The notes: generated from the sequence alone by a model not told the origin. 64,000 bases of DNA from Gammaproteobacteria bacterium (GCA_965243205.1 CBDEUK010000002.1:2080001-2144000); one strand, 5' to 3'. Shown: positions 21,423-33,272, counted from the first letter of the stretch. Made by a program: numbers and translations.

Positions 21423-22373
21423 ATGACAGGTATGTTAAAAAAATATTCACCTCAATTGTTTGGAAAAGTTGCTGTGTTAATGGGTGGTGATTCAGCAGAA
21501 AGAACTATTTCTTTAGAAAGTGGTAATGCTGTATTACAAGCATTGCAAAATGAAAATATTGATGTCTATGAGTTTGATACAAAGTTTCGTTCGGTTACAG
21601 AACTGGTTGAAGAGCAATTTGATCGAGTGTTTATCGCATTGCATGGCAGAGGTGGCGAAGACGGTGTGACCCAAGGAGCGTTAGAGACATTAAACATTCC
21701 TTACACAGGTAGTGGTGTATTAGGTTCAGCATTAGGTATGGATAAATTACGTAGCAAGCAAGTTTGGTTAAACATAGGTTTGCCAACACCAGACTTTGTA
21801 ATGCTGAACGATGATTTTGATGTTGATGATGTTATTGAAAGATTAGGTTTGCCTATGATGGTAAAACCAGCGCATGAAGGTTCGAGTATTGGCATTAGTA
21901 AAGTCAAAACGAAAGAAGAATTATTGCCTGCTTATAAAAATGCAAAAGCTTTAGATGATTCGGTAATAGCTGAACGTTTTATTGAAGGCGGTGAATATAC
22001 TGTACCGTTATTGGATGATTTGATTTTGCCAATGATTCAATTAAAGACATCAAGAGAATTTTATGATTATGAAGCAAAATATGAATCAGATGATACGCAG
22101 TACATTTGCCCATGTGGGTTAGATAGAGATTTAGAACAAAAAATAGGTTCAATAGCATCTAAAGCCTTTTCAAGCTTAGATTGTTCGGGTTGGGGAAGAG
22201 TAGATATTTTATTAGATGAAAAATTAAATCCTTGGTTAATCGAAGTGAACACAGTGCCAGGAATGACCAGTCATAGTTTGGTACCAATGGGGGCAAAACA
22301 TTACGGAATTTCTTTTAATGAATTGGTTTTAAGAATTCTTTCGTCAACCTTATCAGTGGAGCAATTGAGATGA
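21423..22373 (+). CDS. ddl: D-alanine--D-alanine ligase
   Basis: HGRGGEDG, EGSSIG, FYDYEAKY, EVNTVPGMT. Confidence 0.97.
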   Translation: MTGMLKKYSPQLFGKVAVLMGGDSAERTISLESGNAVLQALQNENIDVYEFDTKFRSVTELVEEQFDRVFIALHGRGGEDGVTQGALETLNIPYTGSGVLGSALGMDKLRSKQVWLNIGLPTPDFVMLNDDFDVDDVIERLGLPMMVKPAHEGSSIGISKVKTKEELLPAYKNAKALDDSVIAERFIEGGEYTVPLLDDLILPMIQLKTSREFYDYEAKYESDDTQYICPCGLDRDLEQKIGSIASKAFSSLDCSGWGRVDILLDEKLNPWLIEVNTVPGMTSHSLVPMGAKHYGISFNELVLRILSSTLSVEQLR

Positions 22374-23185
22374 GCGTAGCCAGTGACGAAATGTTCCGAA
22401 TTTACTCTGAAGATAGAAAAAAATCTCAAGAGACTCGTTCTAAATTAAGTAATTTGAATGCCAAATTAAACAGTTTAATTGGTTTGATATTATTGTTAGC
22501 ACTATTTAGTTTTATTGTTTTCACAATTTACTATTTATCACAACCAGATACTTTGCCTATAAAAAAAGTTCATGTGGTTGGTGAGTTTAGAAATCTTTCT
22601 CCTTCAAGATTACAAACCTTAGTAACTGATGAAGTTCGCGGGGGATTTTTTAATGTCAATGTTGTAGAGGTCAGCGACGAGCTAATGAAGTCACCTTGGG
22701 TTGAACATGTTTCTGTTACTCGTATTTGGCCTGACACATTAAGAGTGAACGTGAAAGAACGTATTGCAGTTGTACGTTGGGGAGAACATGGATTGCTGAA
22801 CTCAAATGCGATTCATTTTGTGCCTCCACCGGCAACAATTCCGCATGATCTTCCTTTATTAAACGGCCCTGAAGGTAGTTATAAATTGCTACTTGATCGA
22901 TTTAATGAGCTAAGTCTAATCCTTGATAAAGTGGATTTTAAACTTGCTGAATTAACAATGAATGAACGTAGGGCATGGAAATTTAAATTGCATACAGGTT
23001 TAGAAGTAATGATTGGTAAATCAGATTATGAAAAAAGGGTAAAGCGATTTGCCGAAGTAGTTGTAAAAGCATTGGCAGGACAAATGGATAAAGCAAAAAA
23101 AATTGATATGAGATATACCAATGGTTTCGCAATAGAGTGGGTTGGGGAAGAAGTCATGCCAACTGGAGAAAAGTTTGATGGTTAA
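22370..23185 (+). CDS. ftsQ: Cell division protein FtsQ
   Basis: TM helix, POTRA domain (PWV..RIWPD), DMRYTNGFA. Confidence 0.95.
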   Translation: MSVASDEMFRIYSEDRKKSQETRSKLSNLNAKLNSLIGLILLLALFSFIVFTIYYLSQPDTLPIKKVHVVGEFRNLSPSRLQTLVTDEVRGGFFNVNVVEVSDELMKSPWVEHVSVTRIWPDTLRVNVKERIAVVRWGEHGLLNSNAIHFVPPPATIPHDLPLLNGPEGSYKLLLDRFNELSLILDKVDFKLAELTMNERRAWKFKLHTGLEVMIGKSDYEKRVKRFAEVVVKALAGQMDKAKKIDMRYTNGFAIEWVGEEVMPTGEKFDG

Positions 23186-24413
23186 AAAATCAGATAAAAA
23201 TTTAATTGTTGGTTTAGATATTGGCACTTCAAAAGTGGTTGCGATTGTTGGTGAAGTAACAATCGATGAAGAAGTTGAAATCATTGGTATTGGTTCAAGC
23301 CGCTCTCGAGGGTTGAAGAAAGGTGTTGTTGTTAACATTGAATCAACTGTTCAATCAATTCAACGTGCAATAGAAGAAGCCGAGTTAATGGCTGGTTGTG
23401 AAGTGCATTCAGTATATGCTGGTATAGCGGGTAATCATATTCGTAGTTTAAATTCACATGGTATTGTCGCAATACGTGATAACGAAGTTTCTGTAACAGA
23501 CGTTGATAGAGTGATCGATGCTGCGAAAGCTGTAGCGATTCCCGCTGATCAAAAAATCCTTCATATCTTACCTCAAGAATTCATTATCGATAATCAGGAA
23601 GGTATTAAAGAACCGATTGGTATGTCTGGTGTTCGCTTAGAAGCCAAAGTGCATATGGTTACAGGTGCAGTCAGTGCCGCGCAAAATATTATTAAGTGTG
23701 TTCGTCGTTGTGGATTAGAAGTTGATGACATTATTTTAGAACAGTTGGCGTCAAGTTATTCAGTTTTAACAGATGATGAAAAAGAACTAGGTGTTTGCAT
23801 GGTAGATATCGGTGGTGGTACGACGGATATCGCAATTTTTACAGAAGGTGCTATTCACCATACTGCCAATATTCCTATTGCCGGTGATCAGGTAACGAAT
23901 GATATTGCTGTCGCATTAAGAACGCCGACTCAACATGCGGAAGACATCAAAGTTAAATATGCCTGTGCATTAACTCAATTAGCTTCAGCAGAAGAATCAC
24001 TAGAAGTGCCGAGTGTCGGTGAACGTCCAACTAGAAGATTAGCAAGACAAACATTAGCTGAAGTGGTTGAGCCACGTTATGAAGAATTATTCAATCTTGT
24101 GCAAGCAGAGCTTCGTCGAAGTGGTTTTGAAGATCGTATTGCTGCAGGAATCGTTTTAACAGGCGGAAGTTCGAAAATGGAAGGCGCTGTTGAATTAGCT
24201 GAAGAGATATTTCATATGCCAGTTCGCTTAGGGGTTCCGCAGTATGTCAGTGGTTTATCGGATGTTGTTAAAAATCCAATTTATTCAACAGGTGTGGGTT
24301 TGCTGTTATTTGGACGTAAACAGATTGATGAATCGGCACCCAAAGTCAATATGGACGGAGGGATGAAAAATATTTTTGAACGAATGAAAAGTTGGTTTCA
24401 GGGTAATTTTTAA
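23178..24413 (+). CDS. ftsA: Cell division protein FtsA (start revised to ATG 23178)
   Basis: GLDIGTSKV, VDIGGGTTD, C-terminal amphipathic MKSWFQGNF; SD GGAG upstream. Confidence 0.98.
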   Translation: MVKKSDKNLIVGLDIGTSKVVAIVGEVTIDEEVEIIGIGSSRSRGLKKGVVVNIESTVQSIQRAIEEAELMAGCEVHSVYAGIAGNHIRSLNSHGIVAIRDNEVSVTDVDRVIDAAKAVAIPADQKILHILPQEFIIDNQEGIKEPIGMSGVRLEAKVHMVTGAVSAAQNIIKCVRRCGLEVDDIILEQLASSYSVLTDDEKELGVCMVDIGGGTTDIAIFTEGAIHHTANIPIAGDQVTNDIAVALRTPTQHAEDIKVKYACALTQLASAEESLEVPSVGERPTRRLARQTLAEVVEPRYEELFNLVQAELRRSGFEDRIAAGIVLTGGSSKMEGAVELAEEIFHMPVRLGVPQYVSGLSDVVKNPIYSTGVGLLLFGRKQIDESAPKVNMDGGMKNIFERMKSWFQGNF

Positions 24414-24458
24414 TTTTTATTTTAATACTTATATGAAGGCAAACAGGAGGAAAAGGGC

Positions 24459-25601
24459 ATGTTTGAACTCGTAGACGCAGCAAATAACTCAGCTGTAATT
24501 AAGGTGGTTGGCGTAGGCGGCGGCGGCGGTAACGCTGTTGAGCATATGCTGGCTGGAAATATTGATGGTGTGGAATTTATCTGCGCAAATACGGATGCTC
24601 AAGCTTTAAAAAATTCATCTGCTAAAACGGTTTTACAGTTAGGTGGAGGAATAACCAAAGGTCTTGGCGCGGGAGCAAATCCTGAAGTAGGTCGACAAGC
24701 CGCTTTAGAAGATCGTGATCGCATCATGGATGTGTTGGAAGGATCGGATATGGTTTTCATCACTGCTGGTATGGGTGGGGGAACTGGAACTGGTGCAGCA
24801 CCAATCGTTGCGCAAGTGGCGAAAGAGATGGGAATATTAACAGTTGCGGTCGTTACCAAACCTTTTAGTTTTGAAGGTAAAAAACGTACCTCAATTGCAG
24901 AAGAAGGCATTAAAGAATTAACGCAATTTGTTGATTCATTAATCACAATTCCAAACGAAAAGCTTATGAGCGTATTAGGTCCAGATATGAGCCTATTAAA
25001 TGCGTTTAGTGCAGCCAATGATGTTTTATTAGGCGCAGTACAAGGCATAGCGCAATTAATAACATGTCCAGGTTTAATTAATGTCGACTTTGCAGATGTT
25101 CGAACTGTAATGTCAGAAATGGGCATGGCTATGATGGGCTCTGGTAAAGCTGACGGTGATGACCGTGCAAGAATATCTGCTGAAGCAGCAGTATCTAGCC
25201 CATTATTGGAAGATGTTAATTTAGCTGGTGCACGAGGTATTTTGGTGAACATTACTGCTGGTATGGATATGTCGATAGGCGAGTTTGACGAAGTAGGTAA
25301 TGTGATTAAAGACTTTGCTTCAGATAATGCGACCGTTGTTGTCGGTACAGTAATTGATCCGGAAATGTCTGGTGAAATGCGTGTTACAATTGTTGCGACC
25401 GGTTTGGGTAATCCAGCAGTGAAACCTGAGAGCGATTCTCGTGTCAAACTTGTGAAAACCGATACGCCAAAGGTTGATTATCGAGATTTCGATCAACCAA
25501 CTGTGATTCGTAAGCAAGCTCCGGAGCAGGAAGCTGAAAGTATAGTATCAGATCCTGATTATTTAGATATTCCAGCGTTCTTACGGCGACAGGCTGATTA
25601 A
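24459..25601 (+). CDS. ftsZ: Cell division protein FtsZ
   Basis: GGGTGTG tubulin motif, C-terminal [11 protein letters not shown]; SD AGGAGG. Confidence 0.99.
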   Translation: MFELVDAANNSAVIKVVGVGGGGGNAVEHMLAGNIDGVEFICANTDAQALKNSSAKTVLQLGGGITKGLGAGANPEVGRQAALEDRDRIMDVLEGSDMVFITAGMGGGTGTGAAPIVAQVAKEMGILTVAVVTKPFSFEGKKRTSIAEEGIKELTQFVDSLITIPNEKLMSVLGPDMSLLNAFSAANDVLLGAVQGIAQLITCPGLINVDFADVRTVMSEMGMAMMGSGKADGDDRARISAEAAVSSPLLEDVNLAGARGILVNITAGMDMSIGEFDEVGNVIKDFASDNATVVVGTVIDPEMSGEMRVTIVATGLGNPAVKPESDSRVKLVKTDTPKVDYRDFDQPTVIRKQAPEQEAESIVSDPDYLDIPAFLRRQAD

Positions 25602-25627
25602 TACTTAATAAAGATCGGTTTTGAGGC

Positions 25628-25687
25628 TTTAATTTGGTGCAGTAAAATTGCTGCTTGACAGCATTTGCTTTCTGCACCAGAATTAAA
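25628..25687. other. Long imperfect stem-loop in the ftsZ-lpxC spacer
   Basis: TTTAATT-TGGTGCAG ... CTGCACCA-G-AATTAAA outer arms plus inner TGCTG/CAGCA. Confidence 0.7.
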
Positions 25688-25729
25688 TGTTAAGCGCTAG
25701 TATCTATAATAAAAGGCCAAAATAAAACC

Positions 25730-26644
25730 ATGATAAGGCAATGTACTCTAAAAAATGTCATAAGGGCTACCGGTGTAGGACTTCACACTGGTAAGAAGAT
25801 CTACCTAACATTACGTCCCAGTGCGATAAATACTGGGATTGTATTTCGCCGAACCGATCTTGATCCAGTTGTAGAAATACCAGCAAAACCTGAAAATGTA
25901 GGTGATACTCGATTATCAACTACATTAGTCAATGGTGATGTACGTATTTCGACTGTAGAGCATTTGTTATCAGCGCTAGCAGGTTTTGGCATTGATAACG
26001 CCTACATCGATCTGAGTTCTGATGAAGTTCCGATTATGGACGGTAGTGCTGGGCCATTTGTATTCTTGATCCAATCAGCAGGTGTGGAAGAACAAAACGC
26101 ACCTAAAAAATTCATCCGAATTAAAAAATCAGTAGCTGTAAATGATGATGATAAATACGCTAAATTTAAACCTTTTGAAGGGTTTAAAGTGGGTTTTACC
26201 ATTGATTTTGATCATCCTGCTTTTCACAAAGATATTTGCCAAGCCGAAATTGATTTTTCTACCACTTCATTCGTAAAAGAAGTGAGTCGTGCTCGTACTT
26301 TTGGTTTTATGCGCGATGTTGAATTACTACGTGAGCGTAATTTGGCTCTAGGTGGTAGCTTAGATAATGCAGTTGTTGTAGATGATTATCGAATCATGAA
26401 TGAAGATGGTTTGCGCTATGAAGATGAATGTGTAAAACATAAGATTCTTGATGCGATTGGCGATCTATATTTACTAGGTTATAGTCTTATTGGGGCTTTC
26501 GAAGGCTTCAAATCAGGTCACGAATTAAATAATCGACTATTAAAAGAACTATTAGCAGATGAAACTGCTTGGGAATTGGTCAGTTTTGAAGATACCAAAA
26601 CCGTTCCAATCTCATTTATGCAGGCAGCTGAAACAGCGGCCTGA
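25730..26644 (+). CDS. lpxC: UDP-3-O-acyl-GlcNAc deacetylase
   Basis: [28 protein letters not shown]. Confidence 0.98.
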   Translation: MIRQCTLKNVIRATGVGLHTGKKIYLTLRPSAINTGIVFRRTDLDPVVEIPAKPENVGDTRLSTTLVNGDVRISTVEHLLSALAGFGIDNAYIDLSSDEVPIMDGSAGPFVFLIQSAGVEEQNAPKKFIRIKKSVAVNDDDKYAKFKPFEGFKVGFTIDFDHPAFHKDICQAEIDFSTTSFVKEVSRARTFGFMRDVELLRERNLALGGSLDNAVVVDDYRIMNEDGLRYEDECVKHKILDAIGDLYLLGYSLIGAFEGFKSGHELNNRLLKELLADETAWELVSFEDTKTVPISFMQAAETAA

Positions 26645-26650
26645 TAAGAA

Positions 26651-27115
26651 TTAGGGGGGTGGTTCATTCTTAGTATGTTTGCTTAACCTAAGCAGACAAT
26701 CGCTAAGTCTGTCATCGGTTGTCGTTTTAGCAACGGCATTGAGTTCAGCAGATACTTTTTCTGAAACACTAATTCTATTTTTAGTTTTACTTCGATTGAT
26801 GCTATTGCTCGGAGAAGTAGTAACTCGAATAGTATTTACTGTTGGAAGTTTAGGGTTTGCTTGAATCGCATGTAAAATGTCTGAAGTCTTATATCGAATT
26901 CGGGTAGCCCAATTTGCATGTTGGCTTTTGATGACTAAAACACCTGCATTTAGATTGATAACTGTGCAGTGTTTTGCAAGTTCGAGCCCCAGATTTTGAG
27001 AAACAGTTGACTGTAATAAGTTAATTGTTTCAATATGTTGTAATATACTTTTTAAAGAAGAATTTGAGCGACTCACTACATCGTAAATCGCAGTCGGTTT
27101 AGAAGTTTTCGCCAT
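26651..27115 (-). CDS. DciA / DUF721 family protein
   Basis: HC.V...GVLVI...ANWATRIRY pattern; conserved position between lpxC and M23-secA. Confidence 0.8.
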   Translation of the reverse strand: MAKTSKPTAIYDVVSRSNSSLKSILQHIETINLLQSTVSQNLGLELAKHCTVINLNAGVLVIKSQHANWATRIRYKTSDILHAIQANPKLPTVNTIRVTTSPSNSINRSKTKNRISVSEKVSAELNAVAKTTTDDRLSDCLLRLSKHTKNEPPP

Positions 27116-27168
27116 AGTGAGATAATTATACCAATAATTAGAAGTAACTATTTTAAAAAGACATTTTT

Positions 27169-28101
27169 ATGGAATTCATACTAATCAGTAATAACCAAAA
27201 ACGGCTAGATATCCGATGTAATCCGTTAACGCTTGCCTTAGCAGTTTTTGTTTTTTCTTCTATTTTATTCACCGGTATTTATCATCTTGGTACTCAACAT
27301 GGAATCGAACAATCTCATCAAAAAATCAGTAATTTCCAGCTAGAAGCAGGCAATTTATGGGAAAAAGAGATAGAGCAGCAACAAACTTTAGTAAAAGAAG
27401 CTCGAGAAGAAGCTGAAAAACATTTAGATGCAATGGCATCACGAGTCAGTAGTTTGCAGTCCCATATCTTAAGATTAAATGCTTTAGGTTCCCGCCTAGC
27501 GCAAATGGCTGAGCTTGATGAACTTGAGTTTGAGAGTCTAAAAGCCCCAGGTATCGGTGGCCCATCGCCTACTGTTTCTGTCGGTAACTCGGTTCCTGAC
27601 TTTTTAACCAACCTTGAGCAATTATCTCTTGAAATACAAGATCGAGAAGAAAAATTAACCGCTCTAGAAACATTATTAATCAATCGCTCTTTAGAATCTA
27701 AAACTTTGCCTAAAGGCAGCCCACTTAAAAAGGGTTGGATTTCATCCACCTTTGGATGGCGTACAGACCCAATTTCAGGCAAAAAAGAATTTCATGAAGG
27801 AATTGATTTTGCTGGGCGCTCTGGTTCAAAAATTACTGTTGCAGGAGCTGGTATTGTCACTTGGTCCGCGAATCGTAATGGTTATGGAAATACGATTGAG
27901 GTCGACCATGGTAATGGCTATGTAACACGATATGCTCACAATAAAGAGAATTTAGTAAAAGTTGGAGATCGAGTTGAAAAGGGGCAGGTGATAGCTTTGA
28001 TTGGTTCAACAGGTCGTTCAACTGGTTTGCATGTGCATTTTGAGGTCTTACATCACGGAAAACCTATTAACCCTAAGAAATTTATTGTTTCTAATCAGTA
28101 G
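27169..28101 (+). CDS. M23 family metallopeptidase with coiled coil
   Basis: HEGID (HxxxD), YAH, STGLHVH (HxH); N-terminal TM. Confidence 0.93.
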   Translation: MEFILISNNQKRLDIRCNPLTLALAVFVFSSILFTGIYHLGTQHGIEQSHQKISNFQLEAGNLWEKEIEQQQTLVKEAREEAEKHLDAMASRVSSLQSHILRLNALGSRLAQMAELDELEFESLKAPGIGGPSPTVSVGNSVPDFLTNLEQLSLEIQDREEKLTALETLLINRSLESKTLPKGSPLKKGWISSTFGWRTDPISGKKEFHEGIDFAGRSGSKITVAGAGIVTWSANRNGYGNTIEVDHGNGYVTRYAHNKENLVKVGDRVEKGQVIALIGSTGRSTGLHVHFEVLHHGKPINPKKFIVSNQ

Positions 28102-28182
28102 AATTCCTTTATCATACACCTCCCGTTGAATACCGATTTTTTGCGCTGAACTCAGCTATAAAATCCATCTAAAAATAAAACT

Positions 28183-30894
28183 ATGTTTACATCAGTTATA
28201 AAACAAATATTCGGTAGTAGAAATGACCGAGTTATCAAACGTCTGAACAAAACTGTTAATAAAATTAATGGTTTAGAAGAAGAATTCACAACTTTATCCG
28301 ATTCAGATTTCCCTAAAAAAACAGAAGACTTCCGCAATCGTATACAACAAGGCGAAACATTAGACGATATCTTGCCTGAGGCATTTGCTTTAGTACGTGA
28401 GGCTGGCAAGCGAGTTATGTCGATGCGCCATTTTGACGTGCAATTAATTGGGGCCATGGTGCTGCATGAAGGAAATATTGCTGAAATGCGTACTGGTGAA
28501 GGTAAGACTTTAGTTGCCACACTAGCAGCCTATTTAAATGCACTGCCAGGAAAAGGTGTACATGTCATTACAGTGAATGACTATTTAGCGAAACGTGATT
28601 CTGAATGGATGGGACAATTATATGGTTTTTTAGGTTTATCCACTGGAGTAATTATTTCAGGTTTGAGCCCAGCAGAAAGAAAAGCTGCCTATGCTGCCGA
28701 TATTACTTACGGAACCAATAATGAATTTGGTTTCGATTACCTACGTGACAATATGGCTTTTAGTGATGAAGACAGGGTGCAAAGAGAAAAAGTATTTGCC
28801 ATTGTTGATGAGGTAGATTCGATTTTAATCGATGAAGCACGTACACCATTAATTATCTCTGGGCCTGTTGATGATCGTTCTGATCTATACATTAGTATTA
28901 ATAAAGTTGTTCCTCATTTAACCAAACAAGAAATTGAAGATGGTCCTGGTGATTACACTTTGGATGAAAAAAGTAAACAGGCTTATCTAACTGAGGAAGG
29001 CAATGAAAAAGTTGAAAAGCTTTTGGTTGAAGCAGGCATTATTGAAGATACTCAAAGTCTATATGATCCATCAAACATCACAGTACTTCATCACTTAAAC
29101 GCTGGTCTCAGGGCTCATACCTTATTTCAAAAAGATGTTGAATACGTTGTAGCTAATAACGAAGTTATGATTGTAGATGAATTTACTGGCCGTACTATGC
29201 CAGGACGTCGTTGGTCTGATGGATTACATCAAGCGATAGAGGCTAAAGAAGGCGTTCCGATACAAAACGAGAATCAGACTTTAGCAACGATTACTTATCA
29301 AAATTACTTTAGGTTATACGATAAATTATCGGGTATGACCGGTACTGCGGATACTGAAGCGTTTGAATTTCAGCAAATCTATGGTTTAGAAGTCATTGTT
29401 ATCCCAACTAACCTGCCAATGGTTAGAAATGATATGAGTGATATGATCTTTCTAAAAGCGGAAGATAAATTTAAAGCAATAATTGAAGATATCAAAGATT
29501 GTCAACTACGTGGTCAACCAGTTTTAGTTGGCACAGCTTCGATCGAAGTTTCAGAATACTTATCTAAATTATTAAACAAAGAAAAAATTAAACACCAAGT
29601 TTTAAACGCAAAATTTCATGAAAAGGAAGCAGACATTATTCGTGATGCTGGAGAACCAGGCACAGTAACTATTGCAACTAATATGGCAGGCCGTGGTACT
29701 GATATTGTATTAGGTGGAAATGCTGAAGCGAAAATTAAAGAACAAGCTTTGGAAGAAACTTCAGATGAAGTTCAGAAATTAAGAAGTGAATGGGAAAAGA
29801 CGAATAAACAAGTTTTAGAAAATGGCGGTTTACATATCATTGGTACTGAAAGACATGAGTCTAGACGGATTGATAACCAATTGAGAGGCCGTGCAGGACG
29901 TCAAGGTGATGCGGGCTCAAGTCGTTTTTATCTTTCTTTAGAAGATAGTTTAATGCGTATATTTGCTTCTGATTGGGTAAGTAATATGATGGGCAAACTG
30001 GGTATGGAAGATGGAGAGGCTATCGAATCAAATCTTGTTTCCCGAGCAATTGAAAATGCACAACGTAAAGTTGAAGCTCATAACTTTGATATTAGAAAAC
30101 ATTTATTAGAATTTGATGATGTTGCAAATGATCAAAGGAAAGTGGTTTACGAACAACGTGATGAGTTATTAACGACTGAAGATGTTTCAGAAAATATAGA
30201 AGCAATGCATGATGATGTTATCAATGGAATGATTGATAGTTATATACCACCAGGTAGCGTAGATGAATTATGGGATCCTCAAGGTTTAACTGAAGCTATA
30301 AAGAATCAGCTCGACCAAGATTTAGATATTAGTGATTGGTTAAATACAGATAAAAATTTAGATGAACAAAAATTACGTGAAAAAATATTTTCTGAATTAA
30401 ATTCCTTAAGAAAATCAAGGCATGGACATGTTCCTGATCAGTTGATGAGGCGTTTGGAAAAACAATTGATGTTAGATGTTCTTGATCGACACTGGAAAGA
30501 ACATTTAATTGCGATGGATCATTTACGTCAAGGAATTCATTTAAGAAGTTACGCGCAAAAAAATCCAAAACAAGAATATAAGCGTGAAGCGTTTGAAATG
30601 TTTGTTGACATGCTTGAAGGCATTAAACAAGATGTCATTTCGTTTCTTTATAAAGTTCAGATTAGAAATGAAAATGATGTCGAAGCTGCAGAACAAAGAC
30701 AGCAACCACAACAAGATATGCAGTATAACTCGCCGAACTCTACAAGTGCCTTACAACCACAAGAAGCAGAGAAAAAAGCACCAGAAAAAAATACTCAGGC
30801 TCCGTTTGTACGTGGTCAAAAGAAGATCGGTCGCAATGAACCTTGTCCTTGCGGTTCAGGAAAAAAATATAAACAATGTCATGGTAAGATTTAG
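28183..30894 (+). CDS. secA: Preprotein translocase ATPase SecA
   Basis: [23 protein letters not shown]-terminal [13 protein letters not shown]. Confidence 0.99.
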   Translation: MFTSVIKQIFGSRNDRVIKRLNKTVNKINGLEEEFTTLSDSDFPKKTEDFRNRIQQGETLDDILPEAFALVREAGKRVMSMRHFDVQLIGAMVLHEGNIAEMRTGEGKTLVATLAAYLNALPGKGVHVITVNDYLAKRDSEWMGQLYGFLGLSTGVIISGLSPAERKAAYAADITYGTNNEFGFDYLRDNMAFSDEDRVQREKVFAIVDEVDSILIDEARTPLIISGPVDDRSDLYISINKVVPHLTKQEIEDGPGDYTLDEKSKQAYLTEEGNEKVEKLLVEAGIIEDTQSLYDPSNITVLHHLNAGLRAHTLFQKDVEYVVANNEVMIVDEFTGRTMPGRRWSDGLHQAIEAKEGVPIQNENQTLATITYQNYFRLYDKLSGMTGTADTEAFEFQQIYGLEVIVIPTNLPMVRNDMSDMIFLKAEDKFKAIIEDIKDCQLRGQPVLVGTASIEVSEYLSKLLNKEKIKHQVLNAKFHEKEADIIRDAGEPGTVTIATNMAGRGTDIVLGGNAEAKIKEQALEETSDEVQKLRSEWEKTNKQVLENGGLHIIGTERHESRRIDNQLRGRAGRQGDAGSSRFYLSLEDSLMRIFASDWVSNMMGKLGMEDGEAIESNLVSRAIENAQRKVEAHNFDIRKHLLEFDDVANDQRKVVYEQRDELLTTEDVSENIEAMHDDVINGMIDSYIPPGSVDELWDPQGLTEAIKNQLDQDLDISDWLNTDKNLDEQKLREKIFSELNSLRKSRHGHVPDQLMRRLEKQLMLDVLDRHWKEHLIAMDHLRQGIHLRSYAQKNPKQEYKREAFEMFVDMLEGIKQDVISFLYKVQIRNENDVEAAEQRQQPQQDMQYNSPNSTSALQPQEAEKKAPEKNTQAPFVRGQKKIGRNEPCPCGSGKKYKQCHGKI

Positions 30895-30906
30895 TTAGTT
30901 TAAACG

Positions 30907-32118
30907 ATGCCTATTGGATTAACTTCTACAGAAAATCCTTTGCCAATAGAAGGCGTACGTTTTTCTGCAGCAAATGCTGGTCTTTATAAAAATAAACCTC
31001 GAAATGATTTAGTGCTAATTGAATTATCTGAGTCTACTCAAACTGCTGCTGTCTTTACAAAAAATGCATTTTGTGCTGCTCCCGTTATTATTGCTAAATC
31101 ACACCTATTAAAATCAAATCCTAAATACCTTTTAATCAATGCCGGTAATGCAAATGCAGGTACAGGTAGTATTGGGTTGAATGACGCGCAGAAATGCTGT
31201 GATAGTTTAGCTGAACTATGTAATGCTAATTCAAATGAAATATTACCATTTTCAACTGGAGTGATTGGTGAAAAATTACCGATAGATTTAATTGAACAGA
31301 AATTTTCAGAGTTATTAAATAACTTAGATGCTAATTCTATTCAATTAGCTGCAGAAGCAATTAAAACAACAGACACAGTCTCTAAAATAATCAGTAAGCA
31401 AGTTAATATAAATGGTGAAATCGTTACTATAACAGGTATAGCTAAAGGTTCAGGAATGATTCGTCCTGATATGGCAACCATGCTTTCTTATATTTTTACT
31501 GATGTCAAAATAGAAAAGCAATTATTAACTAAACTACTAAATGATTTAGTTGAAGAAAGCTTTCACAGAATCACCGTTGATAGTGATACCTCGACCAATG
31601 ATTCATGTTTATTAGCAGCAACTGGTAAATCATCTATAGAAATAACGCAAGATAATCTTCAAAAGTTCTATCCAATATTAAAAGAAGTTTTTGTATTCTT
31701 AGCTCAGGCAATTGTCAGAGATGGAGAGGGCGCGAGTAAATTTATTTCTATTAATATATCTAATGCTGAGAGTTTAAAGGAAGCTTTAAATGTGGCATTT
31801 AATATCGCTCACTCACCATTAGTGAAAACGGCATTATTTGCATCAGATCCAAATTGGGGCAGGATATTGGCAGTTGTTGGTAGAAGTAGGTTAAATAATT
31901 TAGATATATCAAAAGTTAATATTGCATTAGATTCGGTTGCTGTTATTACTAACGGAGAGTTAGATAATAGCTATACTGAAGCACAAGGAGCCTCAGTTAT
32001 GCAGCAAGAAGAAGTAAGTATTAATATAAATTTAAACAGAGGTGATATTTCAACAACTGTTTGGACATCAGATTTATCATATGATTATGTAAAGATAAAT
32101 GCAGAATATCGTACATAA
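30907..32118 (+). CDS. argJ: Ornithine acetyltransferase / N-acetylglutamate synthase
   Basis: KGSGMIRPDMATM autocleavage site, DTSTND, DGEGASK, INAEYRT. Confidence 0.96.
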   Translation: MPIGLTSTENPLPIEGVRFSAANAGLYKNKPRNDLVLIELSESTQTAAVFTKNAFCAAPVIIAKSHLLKSNPKYLLINAGNANAGTGSIGLNDAQKCCDSLAELCNANSNEILPFSTGVIGEKLPIDLIEQKFSELLNNLDANSIQLAAEAIKTTDTVSKIISKQVNINGEIVTITGIAKGSGMIRPDMATMLSYIFTDVKIEKQLLTKLLNDLVEESFHRITVDSDTSTNDSCLLAATGKSSIEITQDNLQKFYPILKEVFVFLAQAIVRDGEGASKFISINISNAESLKEALNVAFNIAHSPLVKTALFASDPNWGRILAVVGRSRLNNLDISKVNIALDSVAVITNGELDNSYTEAQGASVMQQEEVSININLNRGDISTTVWTSDLSYDYVKINAEYRT

Positions 32119-32123
32119 ATATT

Positions 32124-33074
32124 ATGCATACAGATTTACCCATTCATGTAGCAGTTGGTGTTATCGAGAATGAAGAAGGTAATGTATTAATTTCTAAAAG
32201 ATCATTAAGGCAAGACCAAGGTGGCTTGTGGGAATTTCCTGGAGGTAAGATACATCAGGGTGAATCTCATTTTGAAGCTTTAAATAGAGAATTAAAAGAA
32301 GAGCTCAATATCAATACACTTCGTTCTCGTCCGTTAATTACAATTCATCACCAATACTCAAACTACTCAGTCGTTTTATATGTTCATAAAGTTATTCATT
32401 GGGAAGACGAGCCTATTGGTAAGGAAGGCCAAGAAATTAAATGGTTAGAAAAAGAAAGTTTAATGCCGCATAACTTTCCCGAGGCAAATAAAACAATAAT
32501 TAAAGCGACACAATTGCCTGATACTATTTTTGTCACACCAGAGCCAAGTTTATATGAAGAAAGGTTTTTTTTAACAAAGATTGAACAGATTCTTAAACAA
32601 GGAATAAAGATAATTCAATTTCGATGCAAGAAAAAAAAATGTATTGAGCATTATGAAATTATAAAAAAGATAAAGTTATTGTGTGAAAAATTTGAGGCTA
32701 AATTAATTATCAATACAGATACCGACTTTAAATATTTAACTGAATTTGATGGGTTACATTTGAGTAGTGAAAATCTAAAAAAATATGATAAAAGGCCTAT
32801 TTCTAAAGAAAAACTATTAATGGTTTCTTGTCATAATGATAAAGAAATTGAAATGTCGAAAAAAATTGATGCAGATGCATTAATACTAGGTTCTGTTAAA
32901 ACTAGTAATTCACATCCTAATGGAATGTATTTAGGTTGGGAAAACTTTGGAGCTATGACCAAGCGAACGAATATACCAATTTATGGTATAGGTGGATTAA
33001 ATGATGATGATAAAGAAACAGCGTGGAATTATGGAGCTCAAGGTATAGCGATGATTAGTGGGTTATGGGGTTAA
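32124..33074 (+). CDS. Nudix (MutT-like) hydrolase fused to thiamine-phosphate-synthase-like domain
   Basis: WEFPGGK...RELKEE Nudix box; C-terminal GLHL, SCH, IYGIGG, GIAMISGLW. Confidence 0.9.
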   Translation: MHTDLPIHVAVGVIENEEGNVLISKRSLRQDQGGLWEFPGGKIHQGESHFEALNRELKEELNINTLRSRPLITIHHQYSNYSVVLYVHKVIHWEDEPIGKEGQEIKWLEKESLMPHNFPEANKTIIKATQLPDTIFVTPEPSLYEERFFLTKIEQILKQGIKIIQFRCKKKKCIEHYEIIKKIKLLCEKFEAKLIINTDTDFKYLTEFDGLHLSSENLKKYDKRPISKEKLLMVSCHNDKEIEMSKKIDADALILGSVKTSNSHPNGMYLGWENFGAMTKRTNIPIYGIGGLNDDDKETAWNYGAQGIAMISGLWG

Positions 33075-33091
33075 CCATAATATTTAAATAT

Positions 33092-33268
33092 TTACTCATC
33101 ATGATTGTTATTTTCATAAACAGAAAAATTTGATTCGTTATCTTTTATTGAATAATTTTCAGATAACCAATCGCCTAAATCAATAAGTCGGCATCGTTTT
33201 GAACAAAAAGGTAGATAGTTTTTTATTTCAGATTCATTAAAACTATTTTCGCAGACAGGACATTTCAT
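33092..33268 (-). CDS. yacG: DNA gyrase inhibitor YacG (58 aa, missed by ORF track)
   Basis: Manual translation MKCPVC...PFCSKRCRLIDLGDW; directly downstream of zapD. Confidence 0.93.
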   Translation of the reverse strand: MKCPVCENSFNESEIKNYLPFCSKRCRLIDLGDWLSENYSIKDNESNFSVYENNNHDE

Positions 33269-33272
33269 CTGA

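Noticed and set aside
24516-24530. GGC repeat (poly-Gly) in ftsZ
   Set aside because: Encodes the conserved GVGGGGGN nucleotide-binding loop, not a contingency repeat
24599-25447. 282-aa antisense ORF inside ftsZ
   Set aside because: Shadow frame of a highly expressed, codon-biased gene; no recognisable motifs. The same applies to the other short antisense or overlapping ORFs in the track.
28102-28182. No secM or leader peptide before secA
   Set aside because: Normal outside enterobacteria and relatives; the M23-secA order is common
32124-33074. Nudix-ThiE domain fusion
   Set aside because: Well-known, widespread fusion downstream of secA-argJ; not novel
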